A stretch of 64,000 nt of DNA, taken from NCBI RefSeq assembly GCF_004010195.1, contig NC_057752.1, positions 3,217,487-3,281,486 of the forward strand. The letters are read 5' to 3'. Source of the stretch: Chiloscyllium plagiosum. Its lineage: Eukaryota. Positions 35,796-48,730 of this stretch are shown here, piece by piece. The stretch's first letter is position 1, and each line of letters begins with the position of its first letter. The position numbers and the translations under genes were made by a program. The notes under the pieces were generated by a model, which was given only the letters and a program-made list of their open reading frames with translations, did no database searches and was not told the DNA's origin.

Positions 35796-36684
35796 GATGT
35801 ATCCTGGATTTGGAACCCAAATCTCTGAGCTGGGACTTGAGCCCAGCACTCAAAAATGCAGAGCAAACAGGACAGTCCAGAGCAAGCTCAGAGGTTCTTT
35901 CACTGTGCCCATTAGTGAATGTACACCGACAGCTGGGTGATCTGTGGGTGATCTTGTGGAGGTGGGAGGTGGGGGAGCTGATTTCTCCCCACTCTAACCG
36001 AAGTTGGTGACTCTTTGCTACCATGAAATTCATGAGCGCCACCCACCTTCCAGGATCTGATCCACGTGGTGGACTTTATGATACGAATGCTGGCAGGAGA
36101 TCCTGCCCTCACCCAGTGCCAGGTGCAGCAAACCTTTTACCAACGGGCACCTATGGGACAGGGAGTGTGTTGGTTAATCAAGTATTCTGGATAATCAAGA
36201 GGTTCTCCATAATCAATGTAAAAACACACACTAAGTAATAGAAATGTACTGCAGAGGGTACACACATTACTGTTATACTTTATTCGCAGCAGAAATCACA
36301 GAAATAATAATGCGACATTGCCTTAAATAAAACCTACTGGCAGAGAGCCTTCTCACTCACACCCTCAACTGACATCAAGGTATTTGGGGAGAAACTCACT
36401 CGAGATTGAGTCAAGTGTTGATGTTTCGTGCAGCCAGTCGATTGAACAAGTATGTTTACATTGAGGTAAATAAATTTTGAAACAGATATAATGGGACAGA
36501 ATGAAACCGTGAACTTAACGGTATTTTGAGGTACAACAGCCTTTGCCAGTTTATCAAGTGTACTGGTTCATTATATTTCGAGTAAAATAATTTTTGATTT
36601 GATCTGATTAAAACAGAGTTTGCTTCACTTGCGGACAAGGGAAGTGGGAAGTTTCCTGAAGGCGGAACACTCTCCAGCTCTTCA

Positions 36685-36933
36685 GTCATAGAGTCACAGA
36701 GATGTACAGCACAGAAACAGACCCTTCGGTCCAACTCATCCATGCCGACCAGATATCCCAACCCAATCTAGTCCCACCTGCCAGCACCCGGCCCATATCC
36801 CTCCAAATTCTTCCTATTCATATACCCATCCAAATGCCTCTTAAATGTTGTAATTGTACCAGCCTCCACCACTTCCTCGGGCAGCTCATTCCATGCACAT
36901 ACCACCCTCTGCGTGAAAAAGTTGCCCCGTAGG
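36685..36933 (-). mobile_element. CR1 3' end
   Basis: LRGNFFTQRVVCAWNELPEEVVEAGTI. Confidence 0.92.
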
Positions 36934-37164
36934 TAACACAGCCCTCCTGTTGCTGGTTTGGCGAAGAACCTGGGACTCTCATGCCAAATAGGGATCAATG
37001 CCACACTGGGCACAGCATTTAGCATCTGAGCAGCTGAGAGAGATGCAGAAGGACGTGTTTAGTGTCCTGACAAAATTTTGATCTTTCTGTCAAAGAAATC
37101 CCAGGCTTCTCAATGAACAGGACCAACTACATTTAATGATATTCAGCGGACGAACCACTTCAGA

Positions 37165-37510
37165 ATCCTCGGGAAGGCAGCCAACATCATCAAAGACTCC
37201 TCCCACTCCTTTTAAACTCTCTTCCACCCTCTTCCCTCAGGCAGAAGATACAAAAGCTTAAACACGCAGACTAACAGATTCAAGAACAGCTTCTTCCCCG
37301 CTGTTATCAGACTTCTGACTGGACCTCTCCAATTTCAAATCGAATGTTGATCTTGCTTTTTCTATACCTTCTCTGCGGCCGTGACGTTGTATTCCTTGCT
37401 CTGTTCTATTACCCTAATGCCCTTTGTATGGTATGATCTACCTGTACTGCACACAAAACAAAACGTTTCACTGTACCGAGGTATGTGTGACAATAATAAA
37501 TCAAATCAAA
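37165..37510 (+). mobile_element. Rex1/Babar-like LINE 3' end
   Basis: KAANIIKDSSH..LFHPLPSGRRYKSL..RFKNSFFPAVIRLL; tail TTTCACTGTACC..GACAATAATAAATCAAATCA. Confidence 0.8.
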
Positions 37511-37761
37511 AATCATTTTACTCTAAATATAATGAAAAACGTCATTTTTGTACACTCCTTGTCCTGTCAGTGCCTTGTTCCATGTTACCCTTTTACTGCT
37601 CACCAATACCTCCTCTTTGAACATTCTGAGACTTTTTCGAATTTCTCTCCCCCTGACTCCAGAATTCAATGGTTGCACCCAAAGGAGAGAAAGTGTCCAT
37701 TCATCCTCTGGAAACAAAGCTCCCAAGGTGTTTTTCTTTTGGTTCTTGCCAGTTGTTATGG

Positions 37762-37968
37762 TCGGGCAGTGTACGCTACTCATGTGTATTCTCTCCCCCA
37801 CCCGCCTCAAACTAATCAACTGGGCATTCTGGTGGCCCCAGGCAGTATCTGCTCTGCTGTTTCTCTCTATATTGTGGTCCGGCGGCCATCTTGTGTGTCA
37901 AGTGGCCAACTGATGGCTCAGCAGCCATCTTGTGTGTCCATGTACCCAGTGTCACTCTGCCCCGTGCC
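37762..37968 (-). mobile_element. 5' fragment of the 9324-10048 LTR family
   Basis: Reverse complement contains CAAGATGGCCGCCGGACCACAAT..GGGGGAGAGAATACACATGAGTA. Confidence 0.85.
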
Positions 37969-38039
37969 AGACCAGAAGATTAGCTCGACTTTTAAGAAGA
38001 TTAGCTCGACTCTATTTTTTTCTTATTTCTAAAGGTAGA

Positions 38040-38509
38040 TGTGAAGTGGGTCAAACCACTCGGCTTTAAGTGAAACAGAAATTATTTAAACATGACGGTT
38101 GGAACACAAACAAAAGTGAACGGAATTTAGAATAACTGTTGAAAACTTGACCGACCTGATACCGCAACTTAACTAAGGAACTCTTCCAATCCAGTAATAT
38201 CCCATAAACACATCCCTTGGCCAAAAAAAGGTAAATTCAAACCCAGATTCTTACAGGCAGGAGGGAACCACATCCAAAGAGATTTCAGACTGAAAGTCAG
38301 TCGGGAATCATTCCCTGAAGCTTGCAACCATTTTGTGACTGCCACAGCTAAAGCAAATGAGAGAAAACCCTGAACTGGGAGCACTGGCCACTCTCCTGCT
38401 ATTGTTAAACTATGCTATTCCTAGACCCCTCGGCATTTCTGCCTTTACAATTTCTCTTTAAGAAAACCCAAGGACAAAATAACCTTGTTAAAGTGACAGC
38501 ATCGTCACA
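38040..38509 (-). mobile_element. Solo LTR-like element (TGTGACGATG family)
   Basis: Minus strand TGTGACGATGCTG...CCCACTTCACA; TSD not evident. Confidence 0.6.
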
Positions 38510-38944
38510 CAGTTGAGGTCAAAGGTCAGACCCATAATGCCGTCAGGTTAGCCATCCATCCACATGCCTTCTTAAGTGTTAATGCGATTTTGCTATATGG
38601 GTTACCACACCAGTGCCTAACAATTAGCCACATTAACAGCAATGCTGTCAATGCGAGCATCAGCATGAACCAATTATAGCTCCTGGTTGTCAGCATTCAC
38701 ATGGACAACTGCTATTAGTCAAAAAGAGACGTTTACAACTGAATAAATGCATTGCAAGAAAGTTTCGAGCAGATGTTTCATCAATAAAAGGTATAGGTAC
38801 TCTGGAGTACTTTACAACAGTCTCACTGTTGAGATAACATGAGATACGCCATGTTTCATTCTCAGAGTGTGTTGCTTTAACTGCTCATCACATTCAGAGT
38901 CATCTCATTGTAGTGGGTGGGTGATGGGGCTGGGTGAGGGCAAA

Positions 38945-39160
38945 AGAAATTAGACATTGGCCAACAATGGGGGGGAACAAAATTAGACATTGGCCGAGAA
39001 TTGGGGGGTAAAATTAGACGTTGGTCAAGAGTTGTGAAGCAAAATTATATGTTGGCGAAGAATTGGGGGAAAAATTAGACGTTGGTCAAGAGTTGTGAGG
39101 CAAAATTATATGTTGGCCAAGAATTGGGGGCAAAATTAGATTTTGGCCGAGAATTGGGAG
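38945..39160. repeat. ~30-bp minisatellite (AAAATTAGACGTTGGCCAAGAATTGGGGGC), about 7 units
   Basis: Direct tandem repetition. Confidence 0.9.
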
Positions 39161-39861
39161 GGGTTCATGAAGATGCCCAAATGCAAGTCAACTATTTTAA
39201 AGATGCTCTTGGGAGGAAGGGGTAGACTTACAGCAAAAAAAAAAGGAAGACAATTCCAGTGCCCCAGGAATCTGGGAACTGACAGATGGCACAGCAGCAT
39301 GGTAGGATGGAGTTGCCCAAGAGTCCATATTTGAAAGAGTGGTCATTCTTCCAAAGCTGGCAGAGAGGGCTCAAACAGATCTGTAGCATGGTGCCCACGT
39401 TGGCTGCCCGGAAACTTTTGCCACGGTTACTCTGCATTGGCATGAAAGAGCCCCCAAGATGCCCAACAAGCTCCTGCTTTCTCCTCCATGCTCCCCCCAC
39501 CACGAATAGCAGATTGGGTGATATGCCCCCATTGCCCTCCGACAGTGTGATCGATGGCACAAAGCTGGGTAAGAGGGAAGGCAAATGGAATGTTGGCCTT
39601 TATTTCAATGAGAATGGGGTCTAAAAGTCGGGAGGTTTTGATGAAACTATACAAAGTCACTAGTCGAGACCACAGCTGGAATACTCTGAACAGCTTGGGG
39701 TCCCTTATGGAGGGAAAGATATCCTGGTATTGGAAACAGTGCATGGAAAAATTCCACCTGGCTTAAGCCACAGCTAAATTCAATGAAGAGTGTTTGTGCT
39801 GTTGACATGATGGCATAAGCTGAACAACCTCCTCATTGACATCATAGTGACAGGACCTGGG

Positions 39862-40529
39862 TGATGGCATGGGGCAGAGTGACACTGGGCACATGGACAC
39901 ACAAGATGGCCGCCGGACCACAATATAGAGAGAAACAGCAGAGTAGATACAGACACTGTCTGGGGTCACCAGAATGCCAGCACAATGCACTCACAACCTA
40001 GTTGATTAGTTTAAGGTGGGTGGGGGAGAGAATACACATGAGTAACATACACTGCCCGCTGAAATGTCTGGGCCCAGCCAACACCTCTTATAGAAATGCT
40101 AACAGCTTGAAACAGACTCAATACAGAGTGCTAATAGCCAGGGCTGCAGTAATCCTTCTCAGGAAGAGTGATTAGCGCCCATTACTACAGCAACGGACAT
40201 CCGCTCAGACATTGAAACTGACAATGTCTGCGCTGAAACTGACAACAACCGCGCTGAAATTAACAAAGGCTGCGCTGGAACTGACAATGACTGCATCAAA
40301 ACTATCAACGATTCTGCAATGATGGCCATAAACAAACCATGTTACAAAGACAATAATCTCATCACTGACCTATTGTATCACGAGGGATAAAAGTTTCTTG
40401 ACATGTGCTCCGGGCCGAGAGAAGACTCACAGCTGGCCACTGAGCTGTTGGTGTCACTCTCTCCCCGGAGCTCTGCTATTTCCTTGGACAATAAACTCTG
40501 CTGTTGAACCCTGATTCTGACTCCGAGAC
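39862..40529 (+). mobile_element. Second near-complete copy of the 9324-10048 LTR family (3' end missing)
   Basis: Colinear with ~9335-10028; ends at CTGACTCCGAGAC. Confidence 0.88.
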
Positions 40530-40644
40530 GGAGAGAGAAGTATTGACAGGTATAAATGGATGGATATGACAGGGCTCCTACTTGACCCTCCAGCCGTGAC
40601 AAATGGGATGCCAAAGCATTATCCACAACTGCTGTCATCGAGCC

Positions 40645-40990
40645 ATAGAGATGTACAGCACGGAAACAGACCCTTCGGTCCAACTTGTCCATGCCGACCA
40701 GATATCCCAACCCAATCTAGTTCCATTTGCCAGCACTTGGCCCATATCCCTCCAAACCCTTCCTATTCATACACCCATCCAAATGCCTCTTAAATGTTAT
40801 AACTGTACCAACCTCCACCACTTCCTCTGGCAGCTCATTCCATAGCCTCTGCGTGAAAAAGTTGCCCCTTGAGTCCCTTTTATATCTTTCCCCTCTCACC
40901 CGAAACCTATGCCCTCGGGTTTTGGACTCCCCCTCCCCAGGGAAAAGACCTTGGCTATTCACCTGATCTACTCCCTTCATGATTTTGTGA
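40645..40990 (-). mobile_element. CR1 3' fragment
   Basis: ORF 40717-41013. Confidence 0.92.
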
Positions 40991-41429
40991 AGAATTCCAA
41001 CAGGATGTTCCAATGCCTTTGTAGGCTGCAGTAACTCACCAAGACCCTCATCACTGATTCCAACTGGAACAAAATCTTATCTCTCTTTCATCCACGGGAT
41101 ATAGTAAAGTGGAATGCAGAGCTTCAGTATCCCACCAGCCATAAGACTGAATTAGCTGGAGTAAATGCATTTCAGACTGATTTCTTATTCTCCCCTTGCC
41201 GTGCCCTGGGCTGTTTCTTTTCGTTTGTTCAGGCTCATTAGTTTCTGCTTGACATTATCTTCACACAAACTGACAGAAAGCAAACAGTGTATTAACTTGC
41301 AGGCCTGCTCTCAGCCTCTTTGCTGTGGTCTGTGAATTTCTTCCCAGTTCGAAGGAGAGTAACGTTATTTTGAGCTCCCTTCCCCTCTTGAAACCTGATG
41401 TGCTTGCATCTTCCAACCACTGTGTGCTG

Positions 41430-42130
41430 TCATAGAGATGTACAGCACGGAAACAGACCCTTCAGTCCAACCCGTCCATGCTGACCAGATATCCCAACCC
41501 AATCTAGCCCCATTTGCCAGCACTTGGCCCCTTTCTCTCTAAACCCTTCCTATTCATATACCCATCCAGATGCCTTTTAAATGCTGTGATTGTACCAGCC
41601 TCCACCACTTCCTCTGGCAACTCATTCTATAGCCTCTGTGTGAAAATGTTGCCCCTCAGGTCCCGTTTATATCTTTCCCCTCTCACCCTAAACCTATGCC
41701 CTCTAGTTCTGGACTCCCCCACCCCAGGGAAAAGACCTTGACTGTTTATCCTATCCATGTCCCTCATGATTTTATAAACCTCTATAAGGTCACCCCTCAG
41801 CCTCTGACGCTCCAGGGAAAACAGCCCCAGCCTGTTCAACCTCTCCCCATAGCTCAAATCCTCCAATCCTGGCAACGTCCTTGTAAATCCTTTCTGAACC
41901 CTTTCAAGTTTCACAACATCTTCCCTACAGGAAGGATACCAGAATTGAACACGGTATTCCAAAAGTGGCCCAACCAATGTCCTGTACAGCTGCAACATGA
42001 CCTCCCAACATGTGTACTCCATGCATTGATCAATTAAGACAAATGTACCAAACGCCTTATCCTATCTAACTGCAACTCCACTTTCAAGGAGCTGTGAATG
42101 TGTACTCCAAGGTCTCTTTGTTCAGCAACA
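41430..42130 (-). mobile_element. CR1 ORF2 3' fragment
   Basis: ORF 41627-42022 LYRTLVGPLLEYRVQFW..KLERVQK. Confidence 0.95.
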
Positions 42131-42949
42131 AATTAAGTTTAACAAAATCTACACTTCAACAGGACCGCACTGAAGAAGTCACATCGGACAAGTGAAACCC
42201 AAAAAGAATGCTTCCCAACATTCACTGGTTTGTCTTAGTGAATTTCCATTGGCTCAAGTTAAAGTCCATGCAAGTTTCGATTAAATCAGTCAGAGGCGCG
42301 TGAATTATAGTTGACGAGATGATAGCATAGGCTCACACCATTTCCAGCTGGGTGAAGGAAGCGACCGAGGTATAGGAGGGGAAAAGCCCCAGATGGATAG
42401 GAACAGAGCATTAGAGTTGATGATGTTTGAGATGTTAATGATGTCTGACTCAAAGTGCCCAAAGTCTGCTTGGCTTTTCAGACTTTCGCTTTGCTTCACT
42501 ACTTATTCAACACAGACAAGAAAGAGATTTGAGAGCAATTTTACCCACAGGCGTTAGTTTAAAAATCAATTAGAATCACTGCAAAGATAGGTATTTATTG
42601 TTCGAATCCCATTAACCCCGCTCACTGATTCATTGCTTTGACTGTGAAGTCAGTTGTTTATTGTTTCATGATTCTTGATTCTGTTATAGTCCTCGTTGAA
42701 TTATGCCGTTGTCAGGTATCTTTTACCCTCTGGAAGCTCTACGTCAGCTCAATATTACTGGCTCTGGTCGTGGGTTGGCCACAAAGGGCCTAGTCAAGGA
42801 CATCAAGAGGGATGAGAGTGCGGACAGCGTTAAAAGCAAGTCTTTTCAATTGCCCTCTGCGGTGTGGAGCTCAGAGAGAGAGATGGCCTAGAGATGCACT
42901 CAGCGGTGGCAGGGAGACATGGGAAGTTTTTAAAAATGGTAAAACAAGG

Positions 42950-43330
42950 GCCTTTATCGCTAACACACCGTTGACTAGATTATTCCAAAATGCTCTGCAG
43001 GCAACTCAGTGCTGCTTTTTTGAAGTGAGCGAATTGTTGCTGTTTAGGAAACACCATGGCCAATTCTTCCACCAAAGCCAATGGAATAACGACCAGGTGA
43101 CCCGTTGCTGTGGTGACGGTCGAGGGATAAACATGGGCCAGGACGCCCTTTGAAGAAACGGTCCCTTTACATCTACCCGAGAGGGCAAAATGGGGATTTG
43201 GTTTAATGTCGTAGGTGGCACCTCTGACAATGCAGCACTCCCACAGCACTGGATCACCTGTTCAAATCTTTGGAGTGAGATTGGAAGATATCCCTGTTGA
43301 ACTCAGCGCTGAGCCATAGACTGACACTCT
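42950..43330 (-). mobile_element. Old Deu-domain SINE (SacSINE1/AmnSINE-like)
   Basis: Minus strand GGGAGTGCTGCATTGTCAGAGGTGCC..TTAAACC..GCCCTCTCGGGTAGATGTAAAG..GTCCTGGCCCATGTTTATCCCTC; related pieces at ~59085-59260, 62620-62760, 63310-63460. Confidence 0.6.
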
Positions 43331-43979
43331 GAGGTTAACCTGGGGTGCGCTGTCCCCACACGTTTGCTGTTTTTGGGGGAGGCTTCCTGACATATGATTG
43401 TAACAGGGGTAGAATGGTGAGATTCCTCCACATGTCTCCAACTGACCCTTTAAGTGTAAGTGACTGAAGGGAACTAAAGAGATTAGCTTTTCAGATTTTG
43501 TAAGTTTGATGAGCTGCTCGGGCAGAGAAAATGGAAGGGGGTGATCGAGATTTTGCAGACGCCTGGTGATTCACCCTGAAGTCAGTGCTCAGCTGTCTAC
43601 CTGGAGTTTTCAAGTTAGAGTGCGGTACAGTTCTGAAGGCTCAAGCGCGAGATCAGAGGAGACTGAGTTGGATGATCAGCCAGGATCCCATTGACGGGCC
43701 AAATAGCCTAAGCTGCTCCCTGGGAAGTGGCAGCAGGGTCATCTGCAGTTTGAGCAGCGTGCCAGAGCAGGCCTGGTGTGCCAGCTCACCCGTGATAGTG
43801 AGGAGCCACTGAATTCTGAGCAATAGAGGCACACTTCATCAGTCAGTGCGGGGCTGTGTACTGGAGGGAGGTCTGTAATATACAGCAGACAATCTTAGGC
43901 TCATGACAATAGAGATATTGTTGGAGTGCTTGACTTTAAGCTCTGGAATGTACTCCTTAAACCCTCACCATATCTAGAA

Positions 43980-44091
43980 TCATAGAATCACAGTGTGGAA
44001 GCAGGATTGTGGGAGGAAACCGGAGCACCTGGAGGAGAATGTGCAAACTCCACACAGACAGTCACCCGAGACTGGGATCTCTCTCTCTCTG

Positions 44092-44122
<31 letters not shown>

Positions 44123-44168
44123 ATCTCTCTCTCTCCCCCTCCCTCCCTCCCTCTCTCTCTCTCTGTCC
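43980..44168 (-). repeat. SINE fragment plus (CT)n tract
   Basis: TGTGGGAGGAAACCGGAGCACC..CAGTCACCCGAG followed by CT-rich run. Confidence 0.8.
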
Positions 44169-44565
44169 TAATTTAAGAAGTTCCTTTATGCATTCTAGTT
44201 CCGGATAGGAAATCAAGAACAGGCTCCATGCAGAAATGAACGAGAGACATGGGCAATGCCACTCCACTTCACTTCGTCATGATGCCAGCTTAACCAGGGG
44301 TTGAGACAGCAGTAACCTATTGGGATCCACAATGTGAGAAAGACAATTAACATCCCAGCACCATAGGGGAGGCAATTAAACTGGCAGCGCTCTGCAGGGA
44401 ACATACTCGGGTTTTAACAAGGCAATGTTTTTATGCGGCAGCTTTGGCTAATTACAACTCTTGGCTCACTCTACCATGTAAACTGATGCATCTTTAAACT
44501 GTATCGTGGGTAAGAACATGGATAAGTAATTCACTGGTCAGCATGAATAGCATTGAGAAGGGTGG

Positions 44566-45327
44566 AGAGTGTGGTGCTGGAAAAGCACAGTAGGTCAGGC
44601 AGCATCCGAGGAGCAGGAGAGTTGACTTTTCGGGCATAAGCCCTTCATCAGGAATGTGGCTTGTGGGCCAAGGGGGCTGAGAGATAAAGGGGAGAGGGGG
44701 TTGGGGCTGGGGGAGAGGGACCTGAGAGTGCGATAGGTAGATGAAGGTGGGAGTGAAGGTGCTACGCTGGAGAGAAAGGTGGAACACTTCAGAGAACACC
44801 TCCAGGACACACATACGAAACAACCCCACTGCCCTGTGGTCGAACACCTCAACTCCCCTCCCACACCACCAAGGGCCTGCAAGTCCTGGGCCTCCTCCAT
44901 CACCAAACCTTTACCACCCTGGGCCTGGAGGAAGAATGCCTCATTTTCCACCTTGGGATCCTCCAACCACATGGGATCAATGGGGGTTTCACCAGTTTCC
45001 TCATTTCCCCTCCCCCAACCTTATCGCAGTTCCAACCTTCCAGCTCAGCGCTGTTCTCATGACCTATCCTACCTGTCTATCTTTCTTCCCATCTATCCGC
45101 CCCACTCTCCCCTCCAACCTATCACCTTTACCCCCACCTCCATCCCACCCCCCTCCCGTTTATCTTCCAGCCCCCTTGGCCCACAAGCCTCATTCCTGAT
45201 GAAGGGCTTATGCCAGAAATATTGACTCTCCTGCTCCTCGGCTGCTGCCTGACCTGCTGTGCTTTTCCAGCACCACACTCTTCGACTCTGATCCCCAGCA
45301 TCTGCAGTGCTCACTTTCTCCTGACAC
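44566..45327 (+). mobile_element. Penelope-like element: inverted 5' pLTR, GIY-YIG C-terminal remnant, 3' pLTR, 12-bp TSD
   Basis: TSD TGAGAAGGGTGG (44554-44565 / 45328-45339); EHFREHLQDT..PHCPVVEHLNSP; CTGATGAAGGGCTTATGCC in both arms. Confidence 0.88.
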
Positions 45328-46799
45328 TGAGAAGGGTGGGTGTCGTGCAAAACCCCATGTGCCTGGAGGAGAAGAAACATTATTGGTTTCCCTTCCATGC
45401 TAACAAGCCCATGATATGATTACTCATGGTCAATACTCTCCACCACAAACTGCTCCACACTCAAAGATTAGATGCTGCTTCGACTGTGTCCACTATTTCT
45501 TCGGCTATTTTACACACCCAGCATGAGTAAAGGTTTCGATAGACTTCAGTGTTGCTGGGTGCGATCGAGTGACAGTGTGAAACAGCAGGAGGTCATGGGG
45601 AGCAAGAATGCATGCAGGAGACATTGAGGGGAGAGAGGGCAAATGAAGGGAGAGAGACTGGGTGACAGTGAGGGAGGCGAGTGTATGAAGCACTGAGGGA
45701 TTACTGCGAATGAGGGAGCATCTGATTGAGAACAGCTCTCTACCGAAGCTGGGAAACAAATTTTTCCGTGTATTTCCGACTGTAGCCTTGTTTATCCACA
45801 CGGTGTGCCTCAGCAGACTGCAATGTAAGATGTGAAGTTGTCAGATTGAAGTAGTTGACGGTTAAAGACTGTTACTAGGACAGGCACAGGCCCACACGGT
45901 CCATTTCCCAGTCTAGACATCTCTCACGGTCCCCAGGCCAACTCAGTGTGAGTTGCTAAAGACTGCACAGCCCGCCAGTACAATACTAGCTCCAATCACT
46001 GGAGACGAGTCACGGCAGTGGACTTCGATGGAATCCTAAGGGAGCCACTTGGGGTTTGGAAAAGCGTGAAGAAAGGTTATTTGAATGGTGGTGCACCAAT
46101 GGCATACATTGAGTATGCTTCACACACATAGCCACTCTTCCAAAAACAGCTCCATCACAACTCTCTAGGTTGGCTTAAGTCAACAAGGCTAGTTGTCCTT
46201 ATTGACTGCTCTAATACAGCAATGCAAATATTGACAGGTATTACTCTGGGAGCAGAGAATGAGTGGATTTCAATTCCCTGGCTGGCTCTGGCTTTGTGCC
46301 AGGTTCAGGCTTATTTATTCTGACAGGTATAATTGTATCACAGAGAGCTTCAATAATCTGTTGCAAGAAACAGCCATGAATAGTGACACGGAATTACCTC
46401 GAAATGTACAGCACGGAGGGAGCCCAACAGCTGATGCTTATGCTCAGCTCCTTCTAACTCCCTCCAGCTCATCCAGTCATGTTCCACGTCTTGCTGGAGC
46501 ATGCTTTACTTTCCCCAAATGATACCACTCCTTGGAAATTTACCCCAAAGGCCCCCTCCCAAGCTCCAAACCCGCCATGCTGGTCTTCGTCATCCGTGGA
46601 ATCGCATCGTGCCAAAACGGTACCACTTCCGACCACAACCCGTTTGACTGGCCATCACGGGACGATGGGGCATCTCATGGGACTCTCCAACTAACTGCTT
46701 CTCTCAAAGAATCTAACAGCTGATGTCCTGAACAGAACATGAGGAATGTGAGTGGCAGCGAGCGCTTTGGGGTTTCGAACCTGTCCATTATTCGATCTG

Positions 46800-47512
46800 A
46801 ACAAAGAACATTCCAGCAAAGTGCAGGCCCTTCGGCCCTCGATGTTTCGCCAACCTGTGGAACCAATCTGGAGCCCATCTATCCTACATTATTCCATTTT
46901 CATCCATATGTTAATCCAATGACCATTTAAATACCTTTAAAATTGGCAAGTCTGTTGCAGGCAGTGCATTCCACGCCCCGAATACTCTCTGAGTAAAGAA
47001 CCTACCTCTGACATCTATCCTATATCTATCACCCCTCAATTTAAAGCTACGCCCCCTTGTGCTAGCCATCACCATCCAAGGAAAAAGGCTCTCACTGTCC
47101 ACCCTATCTAACTCTCTGATTATGTTACATGTTTCAATTAACTCACCTTTCTAACGAAAACAGCCTCAAGTCCCTCAGCCTTTCCTCGTAAGACCTTCGC
47201 TCCATACCAGGCAGCATCCTGGTAAATCTCCTCTGAACCCTTTCCAAACCTTCCACATCCTTCTCATAATGCGATGACCAGAACTGTACGCAATACTCCA
47301 AGTGCAGCCGCACCAGAGTTTTGTACAGCTGCAACATAACCTCGTGGCTCCGAAACTCAATCTCTCTACTAATAAAAGCTAACACACCGTACGCCTTCTT
47401 AACACCCCTATCGACCTGAGTGGCAACTTTGAGGGATCTCTCTGTTCGTCGACACTGCCAAGAATCTTGCCATTAGCCCAGTACTCTGCATTCCTGCTAC
47501 TCCTTCCAACAT
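46800..47512 (-). mobile_element. CR1 ORF2 3' fragment (divergent subfamily)
   Basis: [47 protein letters not shown]. Confidence 0.92.
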
Positions 47513-47635
47513 GAAGTTTGAGGTTCATCTTCAGCCCCAGCTGCAATCTCCAGCCTGCTTCCCATATCCACTGATTCATTCAGAGCGACGTGAATAATGT
47601 CAGTGACTGAACCTGCATGGTCCACTGTGCTAAAC

Positions 47636-48075
47636 TTCAAGGGACTGAGTTACAGGGAGAGGTTGGACAAGCTAGGGTGGCGTTTCTTTACAGCGTAACA
47701 GACTGAGGGAGCATCTAATCGAAGAGTGTAAGATCCTAAGACGCATGAATAGGGTGAATGCACTCAGTCTGTTTCCCAGGGTTGGGGAGTCGAGGATGAG
47801 AGGGCACCAGCTTAAGGTTGGAGGGGAAAGAATAAAAGGGAACCTGAGGGGCAATGTTTTTACACAGAGGGTGGTACGCATAGGGAATGAGCTTCCAGCG
47901 GAAGTGGTTGAGGCGGGTACATTAACATCATTTAAAAGGCATTTGGACAAATACATGGATAGGAAAGGATATGGGCCAAGTGCAGGGAAATGGGGTTAGC
48001 ATGGGTGGCATTTTGGTCAGAATGCACCAGTTTGGGGCAAAGGACCTGTCTCCGTGCTGTAGGACTCTATGACCC
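47636..48075 (+). mobile_element. CR1 3' fragment
   Basis: LRGNVFTQRVVRIGNELPAEVVEAG. Confidence 0.9.
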
Positions 48076-48184
48076 TAACCTCTTGGTATCTACTCTGGTT
48101 TCAATATGACTGCAAATGGATTGGTTTCACTTCCTGTGCATGCGAGTTGATAGACCTTAATAGGAAGGCTTACTGTAGCTGTCC

Positions 48185-48730
48185 AAGGTGCTGAGGAGAC
48201 CACACCTGGAGTACTGTGAACAGTTTGGGTTTCCTTATTTAAGGAAAGATATTTATTCGATTTGAGGTGGTTCAGAGGAGGTTCACTAGGATGATCCCTG
48301 GGATGGAGGGATCGTGTTATGAGCAAAGGCTAAACAGGCAGGGAATCTACTCACTGGAGTTTAGGAGAATGAGAGGCGATCTCATTGAAACATAGAAGGG
48401 CTTGACAGGGTCAGTGCCAAGAGGATGTTTCTGCTCTAGCAATCCATGATGAGAGGGCACAGTCTCAGAATAAAGGGGCGCCAATTTATGACTGAGATGA
48501 GAAGGAATTTCTTCCCTGAGACATTTGAGAGTCTTTGGAATTCTGTGCCACAGGGAGCCGTGGGGGCAGAGTCGTCACGTATATTTAAGGCTGAGATCAA
48601 TTCATGATCAGTCGGTGAATCAAGAGGCACACAGAAAGGGCAGGAAAATGGACGTGAGGAACATCGGGTCAGTCATGATGCTGTTGAATGGTGGAGCAGG
48701 CTTGAGGGGCCGAATGGCCTTACTCCTGTC
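48185..48730 (+). mobile_element. Older CR1 3' fragment
   Basis: CACACCTGGAGTACTGTGAACAGTTTGGG..AGAGGAGGTTCACTAGG..GGCCGAATGGCCTTACTCCT. Confidence 0.8.

Noticed and set aside
46259..46723. Coding exon(s) in unique sequence
   Set aside because: No recognisable protein motif in any frame and no consistent acceptor/donor pair
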